Shown piece after piece: positions 11,666 to 23,688 of a stretch of DNA of 64,000 bases. Under the pieces are notes generated by a model. It did no database searches. It was not told the DNA's origin and saw only the letters and a program-made list of their open reading frames with translations. This DNA comes from Octopus bimaculoides (taxonomy: Eukaryota): positions 21,724,292 to 21,788,291 of the forward strand of contig NC_069000.1 in assembly GCF_001194135.2 (NCBI RefSeq). The letters run 5' to 3'. The translations under genes and the position numbers were made by a program. How positions within the stretch are numbered: position 1 is the stretch's first letter; each line of letters starts with the position of its first letter.

Positions 11666-12530
11666 CCAATACCTGTTTGTCCTGTTCCATTACCTACCAG
11701 TCTATATATGTGTCAAGAGTTTTGTCCATTTTTCAGTCTGCCTCTTTCTTTTTTACATTTATGCCATTTTTCTGGTGTCCATTCATCTGCCAGTATTTCT
11801 CTCCAGTTTTCTCTATCCACCTTCTCTCTCTCTTTCTGTATGTATGTATGTATATATATGTATATGTATTTCTATCTATCTTCTTCTTTCTCAGTCTTTC
11901 CATATACCTGGCAGTCTCTTGCTATGTCTGACAATCTCCGGTTTGTTTCATTCTCTGCATGCATCTATCTGTCTTTCTCCGCCAATATACTTTCCATGTC
12001 TCTTTTTCTCTCTGTCTGGTGATGTTGATTAAAAAGAAAATTCATTGAAACCATAAAGTCAAGTCTTCATTTACCTACTCACCACATACAGACTACATGT
12101 TAATGTTTGTTCTTTCTGTATTTCTATTGGTACCTTAATAGATTTTATCCCCTAAAAAATGGCAACTTCATTCCATCCATCTGAAGTTTCTACCTTTCCA
12201 ACTTAAAACACTCTCTATCTCACCTCTTTTTCTTACCGTGTTCTAATCAAGATAACCTTTCCACAGGCTCTGTTTCTAGAATTCACTAACTTTCTTCAAT
12301 TACAAACCTGCAAATACCCACAGTTATTATCAACCACATTGTTTTTACTCAGTCAGTGTTTTCACACTCTAGCAGAATATGGTGGAAGTGCTTGAGATCA
12401 GCCCTATTCTTTTGTCTTTAGATATACATATTGAAGAAAAAAAAAAAAGAAAGAAAAATCATCTGGTTCAGTCAGACAGAATACCTAAATTTCAGGCTTT
12501 GTGCCAATGTTAGAAACAATTATTTTTCAG

Positions 12531-12745
12531 TGAGTTGGCAGAATTGTTAGTGTGCTGGATGAAATGCTTAGTGGTATTTCACCCATTGCTACATTCTGAA
12601 TTCAAATTCTGCTGAGGTCGACTTTGCCTTTCATCCTTTTGGGGTCCATAAATTGAGTACCAGTGAAACACTGAGGTCAATTGTAATCAGCTAGTCCTCT
12701 CCTGCCAAATTTCAAGCCTTGTACCTTTAATAGAAAGGATTATTT
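12531..12745 (+). mobile_element. SINE family B (GGCGAGCTGGCAGAA head, B-box-like GTTCAAATTCC, (ATT)n tail)
   Basis: Matches copies at 12758-12965, 25287-25500, 35998-36635, 47250-47465 (+) and 13322-13506, 13556-13770, 37625-37820, 40335-40530, 41345-41520 (-). Confidence 0.8.
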
Positions 12746-12757
12746 CTAACATACAGG

Positions 12758-12965
12758 TGGCGTGCTGGCAGAATCATTAGCATGCTGAGCAAAATGCTTC
12801 GTGATATTTTGTCCTTCTTTATGTTCTGAGTTGTAATTCCACCTAGGTCACCTATCCTTTCACAGTTGATAAATTAAGTACCAGAAGAGCCCTGGGGATG
12901 GTGTAATCAACTAGCTCCTTCCCATCAGAATTTCAGGTGCCTATAGTAAAAAGGGTTATTATTTT
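12758..12965 (+). mobile_element. SINE family B
   Basis: Second tandem copy, same motifs. Confidence 0.75.
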
Positions 12966-13321
12966 AAACACACGCTTAAGACTAGAGATTGTCAGGGGAA
13001 GGAACAGTTGATTATATCAACTTCAGCACTACACTGATACTTTATACTGTCAGCCCCAAAAGGACAAAAAGCGAAGCTGATATCAGTGAGATTTAAATGA
13101 AGAAACTGAGAGGTTTGCCATATCTATATACATGTGTGTGTGTGTATGTGTGTCTTGGTGTTTGTGTTTGTCTCCCTGTCACCACTTGACAATCAGTGCT
13201 GGTTTGTTTACATTCCTCTTAGTTGTTTGACTAAATCATTCAAGGTAGTGCCTCTGTATGGCTACAATCCAATGACTGAAAGATAAGATAATAATAATAA
13301 TAATAATAATAATGATAATAA

Positions 13322-13505
13322 TAATCCTTTCTACTATAGGCACAAGGCCTGAAATTTGAGGGAGAGGGATAGTCGATTACATCAATTCCAGTACTCAACT
13401 GGTACTTGATTTATTGACCCTGAATTTGAACTCAGAATGTAATGGCGGACAAAATACTGCTAAGCATTTTGCCTGGCATGCTAACAATTCTGCCAGCTCG
13501 CCGCC

Positions 13506-13506
<1 letters not shown>
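13322..13506 (-). mobile_element. SINE family B
   Basis: Reverse-complement copy flanked by (AAT)n. Confidence 0.8.
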
Positions 13507-13555
<49 letters not shown>

Positions 13556-13556
<1 letters not shown>

Positions 13557-13770
13557 GTTTCAATATTCTTTTGCACAAGGCCAGTAGTTTCAGGGAGAGT
13601 GGTTTAGTCATTTGCATCAATCCCAGTACTGACCTGGTACTTATTTTATTGACTATCAAAAGATGAAAGGCAAAGTTGACCTCAGTGGTATTTAAACTGA
13701 GAGTGTAGAGAGCTGGAAGAAATGCTGCCAAGCATTTTGACCAATTCATTAATAATTCTGCCATCTTGTT
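13556..13770 (-). mobile_element. SINE family B
   Basis: Reverse-complement copy, more diverged. Confidence 0.7.
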
Positions 13771-13989
13771 ACCTTAATAACAATAAGAATAATTTCATTT
13801 TTATTTACCACAAGGCCCCATTCATTCATACAATATGTTAGAAAAATGGTTTACTTAGCATGTGATGATATACAAACAAAAAAAAGAATGAGAAATGAGG
13901 TAAAAACATTATATATTGAAACACTAAAAAATTGTTGATATAAACGCAAACTACACAAAATAGATATCTACAAATGAAGGCACTCCAAT

Positions 13990-15070
13990 CATGCACAGAA
14001 GAACTGCATCCAAAGTTAAATCTTAAACTCCACGATTCTAATCGCACTCCATCTTCATGTGTTTTTCACCCAAGTACTGAAAATTAGCTTGTCTTCCAAA
14101 AAACACTTGTGAGCAACTTGAGTGTTGGAGTGGGCAAGCAGGGGCTCATGCTCCCATGGTGGTTAAGCTGTAACACTTTGTGATGCTTTAAGTTGATGCT
14201 CACAAATAGTCTGCCCCATTAACATATCTACATATGTATCTTTCCATCGGAGTCTATTTTTTTGCCAATCTGCACTTTTTGTTAATTGCTCTTGCAATTT
14301 GTTTAAATTTTTTCTCCGCTGGTTGGTCACTATTCAAAGTTTTGTGGACTTCATAACTACCGAGGTGATGTGTGCTTCTTTGTGCATTCTGCTTACTTTT
14401 TGTTTGATGTCGTTTATTTTCTCAAGTTTAACACCTCAGTTCATTCTCTATACCCTCTTCATTGTTGCAAGATGATAGAGTGCTACTATTTGTTGTAGTT
14501 GGGTGGAGGATACCTGATTATTGGCTACTAGCACTTGAATGATGCACCTGTGTCTAATAGTTAGTTACTGTTGTAGCTTGTGTGTGTGGGTGTGTGTTAA
14601 TTTTTTAAAAATGTTTTTGCTTTTCCAGCTCCTAATTGGGCAGAAAACCTCTAAAGTGGCTCTTACTGCTAATGGTATGGTATAACAGGTGATCTTTGTG
14701 CCCCACACCACCAGTGTTATCACATTTTTATATGTAGCCACAATAAGATACAGTTTGGGAATGTTCTGAGATCTTTGGAGGTCATCAGGGTTTGTATGTC
14801 CATGTTGAATGCAGATCCCACTCAACCACATGTCACTCAGTGTTGCCCTAGTGCTTACCACCTGTTGGTTCTGTACCACAACAATGATGATAATGGGCCA
14901 ATGTTCAGCATTATCACCAGTGTATCTTGCTGTGACTCATGATATATCATTTCATGCATTATGACAAGCCTGTGGGCAGTTATGCAATTCACAAGCTTTG
15001 CCTGTTCTCTTGCTTCCTCCTCAATTTTCAAAGAATGTGCACACAATTCCTATGCTCTACTCCAGTTGAT
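13990..15070 (-). pseudogene. Possible heavily decayed Gypsy-like gag/protease relic
   Basis: LLDTGASF aspartic-protease-like motif at ~14537-14560 (-) and upstream ELCAHSLKIEEEAREQAK resembling a gag helix; many stops. Confidence 0.35.
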
Positions 15071-15109
15071 AGAACTGCAACGTTTCACACATTGGTCAGG
15101 GTGTTTTTC

Positions 15110-15388
15110 TTAACCTTTTAGCATTCAGATTACTCTGTCAAATGTAATGTATATTTAATCACATTGTCTTAAATTAATCATACATTATCTTGGAGACTTG
15201 AAATTTCAATGATGTAATTGTTTATCTCCAAAATGACATTGTAGGGTTGGTGTGAAAAGCCATGTCTGGCTGGTTTACTCTTTTACTCTTTTACTTGTTT
15301 CAGTCATTTGACTGCGGCCATGCTGGAGCACCGCCTTTGAACATAAAATAGGTAGAATATTTGACCTGTTTGAATGCTAAATGCTTAA
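15110..15388. mobile_element. piggyBac-type MITE interrupted by a SINE-A1 tail (15276-15335)
   Basis: TTAA-CCTTTTAGCATTC ... GAATGCTAAATGC-TTAA; related copies ~34138-34335, 37054-37180, 39278-39703, 40573-40755, 42816-43024, 52592-52823. Confidence 0.8.
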
Positions 15389-16842
15389 ATATCCTGTTGT
15401 GTCTAGGGGGAGTCATTACACCAATAGTAGGTTAACTGTTCCTCTGATAGTGTATTAAAAGCTTCTCTGTTTTTGTTGAGGCTGAAGTATATCATTTTCC
15501 TCATTACTCTTTTTTCAATGAAATCATCAGACAAAGAAGCAGAACTGTTTGTAAAAGACCTGTCCCATGTATTCCTTAAGGAGGGCTAACTCATAGTATT
15601 TCTCTCTGTCTCGTAACACTAGCAAAGCTGTTGTTATTATTGCTTCTATTGTTAAAATTTTTCTATTTGTGTGTGTTGCAGTACAAAAGAGTATATTAAT
15701 GTATGCATTCATTTGCAATTGTCATACTTATTAAGGTATTAATGTCTCTGTTTGTAATTATGTATTAGGGTTAAGGTTAGTTTGTTTAATTGTCATATTT
15801 TTTGTTTCTTATTTTCATTTTATTTTTTAAAATAGTCTGTTTTTGATTTCATAATTTTAAAATATTTCCTCAAAATTCATGGGAATGTATATGCTACTAC
15901 TACCTTTGCAGAGAAAGAAGCCATATTGAAACACACATAATGTATGCCTATAAAGTATAGTAAAAAAAAATGTCAAGGACGTACCCTATTTTACTCTCCC
16001 AGGGTAAATAAAGTGGACAATGATATGTTCCAGAGTTGTTGGTAAAATAATCCAAAGAAAAAGAAAATTTTTCACTCAGTGAAATTTGGTAATGATCTAA
16101 ATTCATTAGAGTGAGTCTAAAGACGTGTGCAAGATATAGCAGCTAAATTTTTGACATCTAGTGATAGTCTTAAACAGGTGTCACTATCATGCAAGGTGTG
16201 TTCTCTATTTCTAGTCTTCTGTGAAAATATGTTTGGTTATGGAGAAATATTAGCTTACTTTGAAATAGATAGGTAGAGGTTGGCAACAGGAAGGACATCC
16301 AGTTGTAGAAAATTCACCTCAACAAATTCCATCCAACCCTTACAAGCATTGAAAAGTGGACATTAAAGTGATGATGTCACATACTCGTGTGTGTGTGTGT
16401 GTGTGTGTGGAGGGCACAGGCATAGTTATGTGTTTAAGAAGTTGTGGGTTCAGTCCCACTGCTCTGTACCTTGGTGTTTTCTACTATAGGCTCATTTGGC
16501 CAAATCCTTGTGAGTGAATTTGGTAGATGTAAACTGAAAGGAGCTCCTCGTGTGTGTGTGTGTGTGTATCATACATTTGTACTGTATGATAATCACAAAG
16601 TTATGAATAATGTCACATCTCTTGTCAACATCATCTGTTTCCTTTGTGTCTTCCAGCTGTAAGACAATGCTTTTGAGAATAGTATTGACATCAAGAAGGG
16701 CATCTAACCATAAACTACTGCCTCAAAAATATACTAGCCAACCCATATTAGTATTCAAAAAACAGTTGTAAAAAAACCCATCATGATGATAATGATGATG
16801 AAGGTAAAATGTTGAAATATGTATATGTTCCAAAGCACTCAC

Positions 16843-16907
16843 CTCAGGTAAAATGGAATACCTGACAAAATTTTTAATGTCCTTTAACACTGACAAATGC
16901 CTTCTTG
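16843..16907 (-). CDS. Weak candidate internal exon (RRHLSVLKDIKNFVRYSILPE)
   Basis: TTTCATAG acceptor, GAG|GTGAGT donor, one open frame; could arise by chance. Confidence 0.2.
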
Positions 16908-17184
16908 CTATGAAATTACAAATGAAATCTAGGAGTGCAGACATCCAGTCATACCAGTTTTAGTCATGGGTCACGTGTGGGCAGTAGATAGAAGGGAAGG
17001 AGGATGAGATAGAGGGAGAGAGAGAGAGAGAGTGACAGAGTGAATAGGGAAGGAAGGGAAAGAGAAAGTCTACAGTTATGAGTGAGAGGACGAGCGAGTG
17101 GAAGAGAGGAAGTTGGGATGCTAGAAAAAGAAGTATGAGGACGGGAGAGAAAGAAAGAAGATAGGGGACCAACATCCTGAGTCT

Positions 17185-17800
17185 GGTCCTTACCACTTCA
17201 TCCCATGTCTTTCAGGGTCTTCCTCTTCTGCGGGTACCATCCACTTTCAGTAATTGGCACTCCTTCATTCATACGCATCACATGTCCAAATCAACATAGT
17301 CTTCTCTCTTGCATGCTGCATTTGGTTCCTCTTATGCCCAATTTTTCTCTCTATACATTTGCACTTTGTTGTACATGCATACTGATGTTGCACATCCAAC
17401 AGAGCATACTACTTTCATTTCTCTTCAGTCTACGCATGTCTTCTGCATTCAGAGCCCATGTCTCACTACCATGGAGTATAGCCGTTCATACAGTCTAACC
17501 TCCACTCTGAGAGAGAGTCCTTTTGTTGCCAACAGAGGTAATGGTTCTCTGAACTTCCTCCACCATTGCTAATTTGGTCACCTACACAACAGAACCTATC
17601 TGCTACCTGAAGAGAACCTTCTGAGTGTTTGAGAGAGACTAAGTCCTGTGTGCTCTTAGTGCTTATTGTTCCTGCACATCTGCCACATATGAAGACAACT
17701 TTATCTGTTAATCTTCCTGTGATTCCAATGCACCTCTTATGTGTCCATAGCTTACACTGAGTGCAATGAGGGGAATGACTTCCAACTCCTTTCCTACATA
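17185..17800 (-). mobile_element. RTE-clade LINE RT/C-terminal fragment with Cys-rich (PHD-like) insert
   Basis: SICRKGVGSHSPHCTQCKLWTHKRCIGITGRLTDKVVFICGRCAG; then HGSETWALNAEDMRRL..FGHVMRM..RRRGRP..TWDEVV; frameshifts and stops. Confidence 0.88.
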
Positions 17801-17884
17801 TTGAAAAGAGTTGGAAGTAGTATATATATATATGGGTTGAACCCCCAACCCCTAACTCTCTCACGCTATATATATATATATATA

Positions 17885-18045
17885 TATGATGGGCTTCTTT
17901 CAGTTTCTGTCTGCTAAATCCACTCGCAAGGCTTTTGTCAGTCCAAGGCTATAGCAGAAGGCACTTTCCCAAGGTACCATGCAGTGAGACTGAACCTGGA
18001 ACCATGTGGTTGGGAAGCAAGCTTCTAACCACACAGCCATGCCTG
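17885..18045 (-). mobile_element. SINE family A head half; another copy at 18539-18800 (-)
   Basis: CCCAAGGTACCATGCAGTGAGACTGAACC..ACCACACAGCCA is the reverse complement of the family head. Confidence 0.8.
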
Positions 18046-18647
18046 CTAATTTTTTCCTCTAATGCCTTTCCTTGTTTCGCTGCTGGTCTTGTGCCCTGTG
18101 CAAACGCCAATGTTTTCAGGAACTTTGCATGCTCCTTGAAATCCTTCATGCTGTTTATTGAAAAGGAATTGTCAGGAACATTCTTTATATGTATCATCAT
18201 ACTTCCTTTGGACCTCTGTGTGTGTCTACATTATATATACATACATATATATGCACATNNNNNNNNNNNNNNNNNNNNNNNNNNNNNNNNNNNNNNNNNN
18301 NNNNNNNNNNNNNNNNNNNNNNNNNNNNNNNNNNNNNNNNNNNNNNNNNNNNNNNNNNNNNNNNNNNNNNNNNNNNNNNNNNNNNNNNNNNNNNNNNNNN
18401 NNNNNNNNNNNNNNNNNNNNNNNNNNNNNNNNNNNNNNNNNNNNNNNNNNNNNNNNNNNNNNNNNNNNNNNNNNNNNNNNNNNNNNNNNNNNNNNNNNNN
18501 NNNNNNNNNNNNNNNNNNNNNNNNNNNNNNNNNNNNNNTTTGTAAGCCTAGTACTTATTCTATCAGTCTCTTTTGCAAAACCGCTAAGTTACGGGGACGC
18601 AAACACACCAGCATCAGTTGTCAAGCGATGGTGGGCGGACAGACACA

Positions 18648-18694
<47 letters not shown>

Positions 18695-19950
18695 CGGGCT
18701 TCTTTCAGTTTCTATCTACCAAATCCACTCACAAGGCTTTGGTTGGCCCAAGGCTATAGTAGAAGACACTTGCCCTAGGTGCCACATAATGAGACTGAAC
18801 CCAGATCCATAGGAATTAGGAAGGGCATCCAGTTGTAGAAACCATGCCAAATCAGACTGGAAATTGTTGCTGCTCTCAGAGTTTACCAGTTCCAGTCAAA
18901 TTGTCTTACCCATGCCAGTATGGAAAGCAGACGCTATACGATGATGATAATATATACAAACATATATATGTATAAAATTCAGGTAATATTATGTCTGATA
19001 ATGTAAAACGTATATGATTAGCGCTCAGGTTGACCTGTTGCCTGGACTTACTATATCACTGTTCAGGTAGAATACCAGATATACCATTCAACATTCCCCA
19101 ACTGATCTTTTATCGACTTCTTGTGATCTAAACTCCTGTAACATTCAGTTCCATCCCCATGTTGTGTCAATGCTTAAATATATAAATGTCATAATCTAAC
19201 CTGATACCAGTTTGACTGTGTAGACTTCAATACTATTATATACATACACACTCATATATATACATACACACATATATATACATAGACGTAGATACACACA
19301 CAGACTCACATTTGTGTGTGTATATGCATGTATTTGTATGTATATGTGCATTTGTGTCTGCTGCATCCTCGTGATTAATTTTCACTCTCTTTCTCTCTCT
19401 CTCTCTCTCTTTTACTCACCTCTCTCCCTCTTTCTCTACCCACTCCTTTCTCACTACTACTGTATTCTTTTTGTTATAAAAGAGTCTGCCATATCTGATT
19501 TTTCATTATTTGCATGTCTGTCTGCCTGCCCTCGTGATTTATTCCTTTTTCTCCCTCCTTCTTCGTTTATGTTGCACACATACACACAATCTCACACATG
19601 CACACATACACACGCATGCACACACGTGTCTGTCTCTGCATGTGCTTAATTGCTTGTATGTTTCTTTTTAAAGCATGTGTGGTTGTGGGTGTGCTGTGTA
19701 GGTGTGACTGTCTGCACCCACCTGATTTGTTTTTCTATGTGAAGAAGGTATCTGTGCTTTTACTTTGTTGTGTTACATGCGTGCAGTTGTATGTATGCTT
19801 ATGCAAGTGTACATGTCTGTGAGTTTTTATGTTGTGCTTGTGTTTTTTGTTTCCCTGAAATTCTGGATATCTGTATGTGTGTGCATGAGTGCATCTACAT
19901 TTCATCTCACTGTATGTGTATGTATACATACATATACATACATACATACA

Positions 19951-20002
<52 letters not shown>

Positions 20003-20192
20003 NNNNNNNNNNNNNNNNNNNNNNNNNNNNNNNNNNNNNNNNNNNNNNNNNNNNNNNNNNNNNNNNNNNNNNNNNNNNNNNNNNNNNNNNNNNNNNNNNN
20101 NNNNNNNNNNNNNNNNNNNNNNNNNNNNNNNNNNNNNNNNNNNNNNNNTATATATATATATATGTTTGTCTATCTGTCTGTCTGTCTGTCTA

Positions 20193-20259
<67 letters not shown>

Positions 20260-20422
20260 GTATATACATATACATGCAATCTTCATTTTCCTTGCATGTA
20301 TATATGTACATCTTCACTCCATCCATGAGTATATGTGCATGTCTGTATGTATACATTCAAACATACGTACATATGTGTGTATGTGTATATGTATATATAA
20401 ATATACAGATAGACAGACAGAC

Positions 20423-20527
20423 AAATCAGATTGGAGCCTGGTGTAGCCATCTGGTTTCACCAGTCCTCAGTCAAATCGTCCAACCCATGCTAACAAGGAA
20501 GGCAGACGTTAAATGATGATGATGATG
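20423..20527 (+). mobile_element. 5'-truncated RTE-type 3' end with 18-bp TSD
   Basis: TSD ACAGATAGACAGACAGAC at 20405-20422 and from 20528; (GAT)n tail. Confidence 0.85.
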
Positions 20528-20529
20528 AC

Positions 20530-20560
<31 letters not shown>

Positions 20561-20637
20561 TAGATTATCTTCATTTTTTCATTCTGTGTATATATGTATA
20601 TCTTCATTCCATCCATGTGTGTCTGCTATCAGCTTAC

Positions 20638-20739
20638 CTTGCAGTATACAACAGAAATTTGTTGATCAGCTGTCTCTGATTTCTGTTTGGGTCCCTGACA
20701 AGATTATTGTGGCAGTGAAGACATGTTGGTAGTGATGAG
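20638..20739 (-). CDS. Candidate 102-nt symmetric exon (SSLPTCLHCHNNLVRDPNRNQRQLINKFLLYTA), product unknown
   Basis: Acceptor CCCCTTTTGCAG|, donor CAAG|GTAAGC, length divisible by 3, only the phase-2 frame open. Confidence 0.35.
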
Positions 20740-20919
20740 CTGCAAAAGGGGTAGTAGTTATGGTATGGTGGTGTGTTGTGGATGTGGTAGTGATAGGGAA
20801 GTGTGGAAAAGTGTTGGCAGCAGTGCATCTTTGGGTTTTCTATGTAGATGTTGATGGAATTTTAATGAATGTATATTTGAGTCTGTTTATGTCAGTGTGT
20901 GTGCGTGTGTGTGTGTGTC

Positions 20920-21295
20920 TTTTATCTTGTTCCAATCATTAGACTGCAGCCATGCTGAGGCACCACCTTGAAGAATTTAATTTTATGTTAAGTCTGGTTC
21001 TTATTTTATCTGTCTTTTTGCTGAACCACTAAGTTATGGGGACATAAACATACCAACACCAGTTTTCAAGCGTGGGAGAGGGACAAACACAGACAGAAAG
21101 ATGCACACACACATATTTGTATACATATATACAACGGGTTTCTTTCAGTTTCTGTTTAGCAAATCCACACACAAAGCTTTAGTCAGCACTAGGCTATAGC
21201 AGAAACACTTGTCCAAGGTGCCATGCAGTGGGTGAACCCAGAACCATGTGGTTTGGAAGCAAGTTTTTTATCACACAGCCACACCTGTGCCTATA
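20920..21295 (-). mobile_element. SINE family A1, full length
   Basis: Tail-to-head colinear with 36027-36466. Confidence 0.85.
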
Positions 21296-21887
21296 TGCAC
21301 ACACACGTACCACCACCACCACCACCATCATCATCATTATTTAACATCTGTTCTCCATGCTGACATGGGTTAAACAGTTTGATGGGAACTGGCAAGGCAA
21401 ATGCCACACCAGGTTCCATAGTCTGTTTTTGCTTGGTTTCTACAGCTGGATGCCCTTCCTAACACCAACTACTTTATAGTGTGTACTGGGTGCTTTTTAT
21501 GTGGTACCAGCACCAACACCAATACTTTTTGTGTGGTTCATTGGTTTTAGGATATCAACTCTGTTGTGGTGGGCAATGCAACCAGCCATTTTATAGAATA
21601 TATGGGGGACATTTTATTCTGCCACTGACACTAGAGATTGTCTGTTTTTCATGTGTGCACACATCTGAATATGTTTATGTTCAAAATCACACACACACAC
21701 AAGTTGATAGTCCAGTATTACTCACATATACACTCTGCATGTGTGTGTATATGTATATATATATATATATATATAAAATTTAGAGGTAATACTTGACAAT
21801 TGTAAGCACCTGTGTATGCCAGCTAGTGGTTGCGGTGAAAGAATAAATTGTAAATCCAAAAAATAACAACAAAAATACAAAGGATTC

Positions 21888-21952
21888 TGCGGTACACATG
21901 TTTCAAGCTTTATATGTGTATAATTTACAATATAAAGCTATCCTCAGCCGCA
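21888..21952 (-). ncRNA. Type I hammerhead ribozyme
   Basis: TGCGG-CTGAGGA-T-AGCTTTATAT..ATATAAAGCT-T-GAAAC-ATGT-GTA^CCGCA; 5-bp helix I, 10-bp helix II; predicted cut between 21893 and 21892. Confidence 0.8.
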
Positions 21953-22171
21953 AAATTATTTCTCTCCCAGGAAATTATACCACATCGGCGTTAAAGTAGG
22001 AAGAAAGGTGTGATGTAAGAGGTGAAGATCCTTTCGGTATTCTGTATAGTACTATACCTCATATAATTCTCCACCCACACATAATCTCTCCGGTCCTCCG
22101 AAAACCTTCCATACCTTGCCACGATTCACTGAATCGTGGCAAGGTATAATTTCCTGGGAGAGAAATAATTT

Positions 22172-22236
22172 TGCGGCTGAGGATAGCTCTATATTGTAAA
22201 TTATACACATATAAAGCTTGAAACACGTGTACCGTG
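22172..22236 (+). ncRNA. Type I hammerhead ribozyme
   Basis: TGCGG-CTGAGGA(22177-22183)-T-AGCTCTATAT..ATATAAAGCT-T-GAAAC(22220-22224)-ACGT-GTA^CCGTG; palindromic ACACGTGT helix III; predicted cut after 22231. Confidence 0.8.
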
Positions 22237-22275
22237 GAATCCTTTGTAGTTTTGTTGTTATTTTTTGGATTTACA

Positions 22276-22316
<41 letters not shown>

Positions 22317-22354
22317 GCTAAACTGGCAATATGACCATCCCCAAGTACAACAAC

Positions 22355-22385
<31 letters not shown>

Positions 22386-22496
22386 AATATGCAGTCCAGT
22401 ATTGTAATATACAGTCATAGTCACCTGTTTTATATAGCACCTTCACAACTCTTTCTTGCCAGCAAGTATGACTTAGTAATATGTACTATGCCTTCA

Positions 22497-22960
22497 TTAA
22501 CCCTTAAATAGTGGACATCATCAATTGACGTTTCAAAAATTTTACATGGATACAGCCATCACTAGTTGGTGCCTTGAGTGTCCACTTCTACAAAATGCAC
22601 ATAGGTGTAAGTGGCCCTTATCAATGAAAGAAATCAAGTTGCAAATGGAAGATTTATACAGTGATAAAGAAGTTTTTTTTGCTAATTTTCCTTTATCATC
22701 AGATGAGGTAGATGATGATGATGATGCCAAGGATGATGATAATGATGACGTTCTAGATAGCACAGAAGAAAATGATTCTTCAATTAACTCTGGATGGAAA
22801 ATATGCCACAATATTTCTCCATTTCTGCATTTCTTTGATAATAATGTGGGAATCTCAAATGAATCTATGCTTACATCAGATGCAAAGGAAAGTGAATATT
22901 TTACAGCACTTTCAGATGAGATGATAGATTTTCATTGTTTTTTGCATATTTAAAGTGAAA
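22497..22960 (+). pseudogene. piggyBac-family transposon left end and N-terminal transposase relic
   Basis: TTAA|CCCTT terminus at 22497-22505; acidic stretch then PFLHFFDNNVGISNESMLTSDAKESEYFTALSDEMIDF resembling the piggyBac N-terminal F..G..p.dyF.lf.de.i motif. Confidence 0.65.
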
Positions 22961-23589
22961 ATAAGTAAAAAAAAAAATGATTTTTGTGTTTTGCCCATTT
23001 AGCTCAACATATTCCATGCAATCCTTTGGTTTAGGGTGCCTTTGTAGTTGCAAACTAGACACAGATGTCAGTTTAAACTTCCTATCTTTGACCAAGCAGC
23101 ACATTTAGGATGAGGCAACTGGAGGAAGAGAGGGCTGTACTTGCACTTGGCTGGCAGTTATTTCAGCTGGAGCAATGATAAATGAAGTTTCTTGCTCAAG
23201 AATGCAATGTGCTGTCCAGTCCAGCAATTGAACTCACAACTTCAATCCAACACCCTAACCATACAGACACACACACACACACACACATGCTCAGCATTAT
23301 ACACACAGCTACACTGTCCATTCCAATATTATACATACACACTTAGTGTTACACACACACACACACACACACACAGTGTTTCGCAGTCTAGTCCATTGTC
23401 TGTCTTTCTGTCTCTCTCTGTTTCTCTTGTGCACACACATACACACACACACACAGTGTTATACAAACACATACATAACTATACAGTCCTGTGTTACACG
23501 AAAACTGTGAGGTGTGTAAGAAACTACTTGAAATTGTTTGTTAAACAGCTTCATTACTGGTGATAGCTTAATGATGTTACATAGTAGTA

Positions 23590-23641
23590 CATCTGTTATT
23601 GTTGCTGCTCTTCTAGCAGCTGCTGCTGCTGCTGCTGCTAT

Positions 23642-23688
<47 letters not shown>

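Larger units (their letters stand above)
21774..22281. mobile_element. Penelope-like element terminal-repeat fragment with inverted 139-bp duplication, inserted in (TA)n
   Basis: Arms 21843-21981 and 22143-22281 differ at 5 positions; each carries a hammerhead motif; flanked by TA microsatellite. Penelope assignment is inferred from ribozyme type and architecture. Confidence 0.7.
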
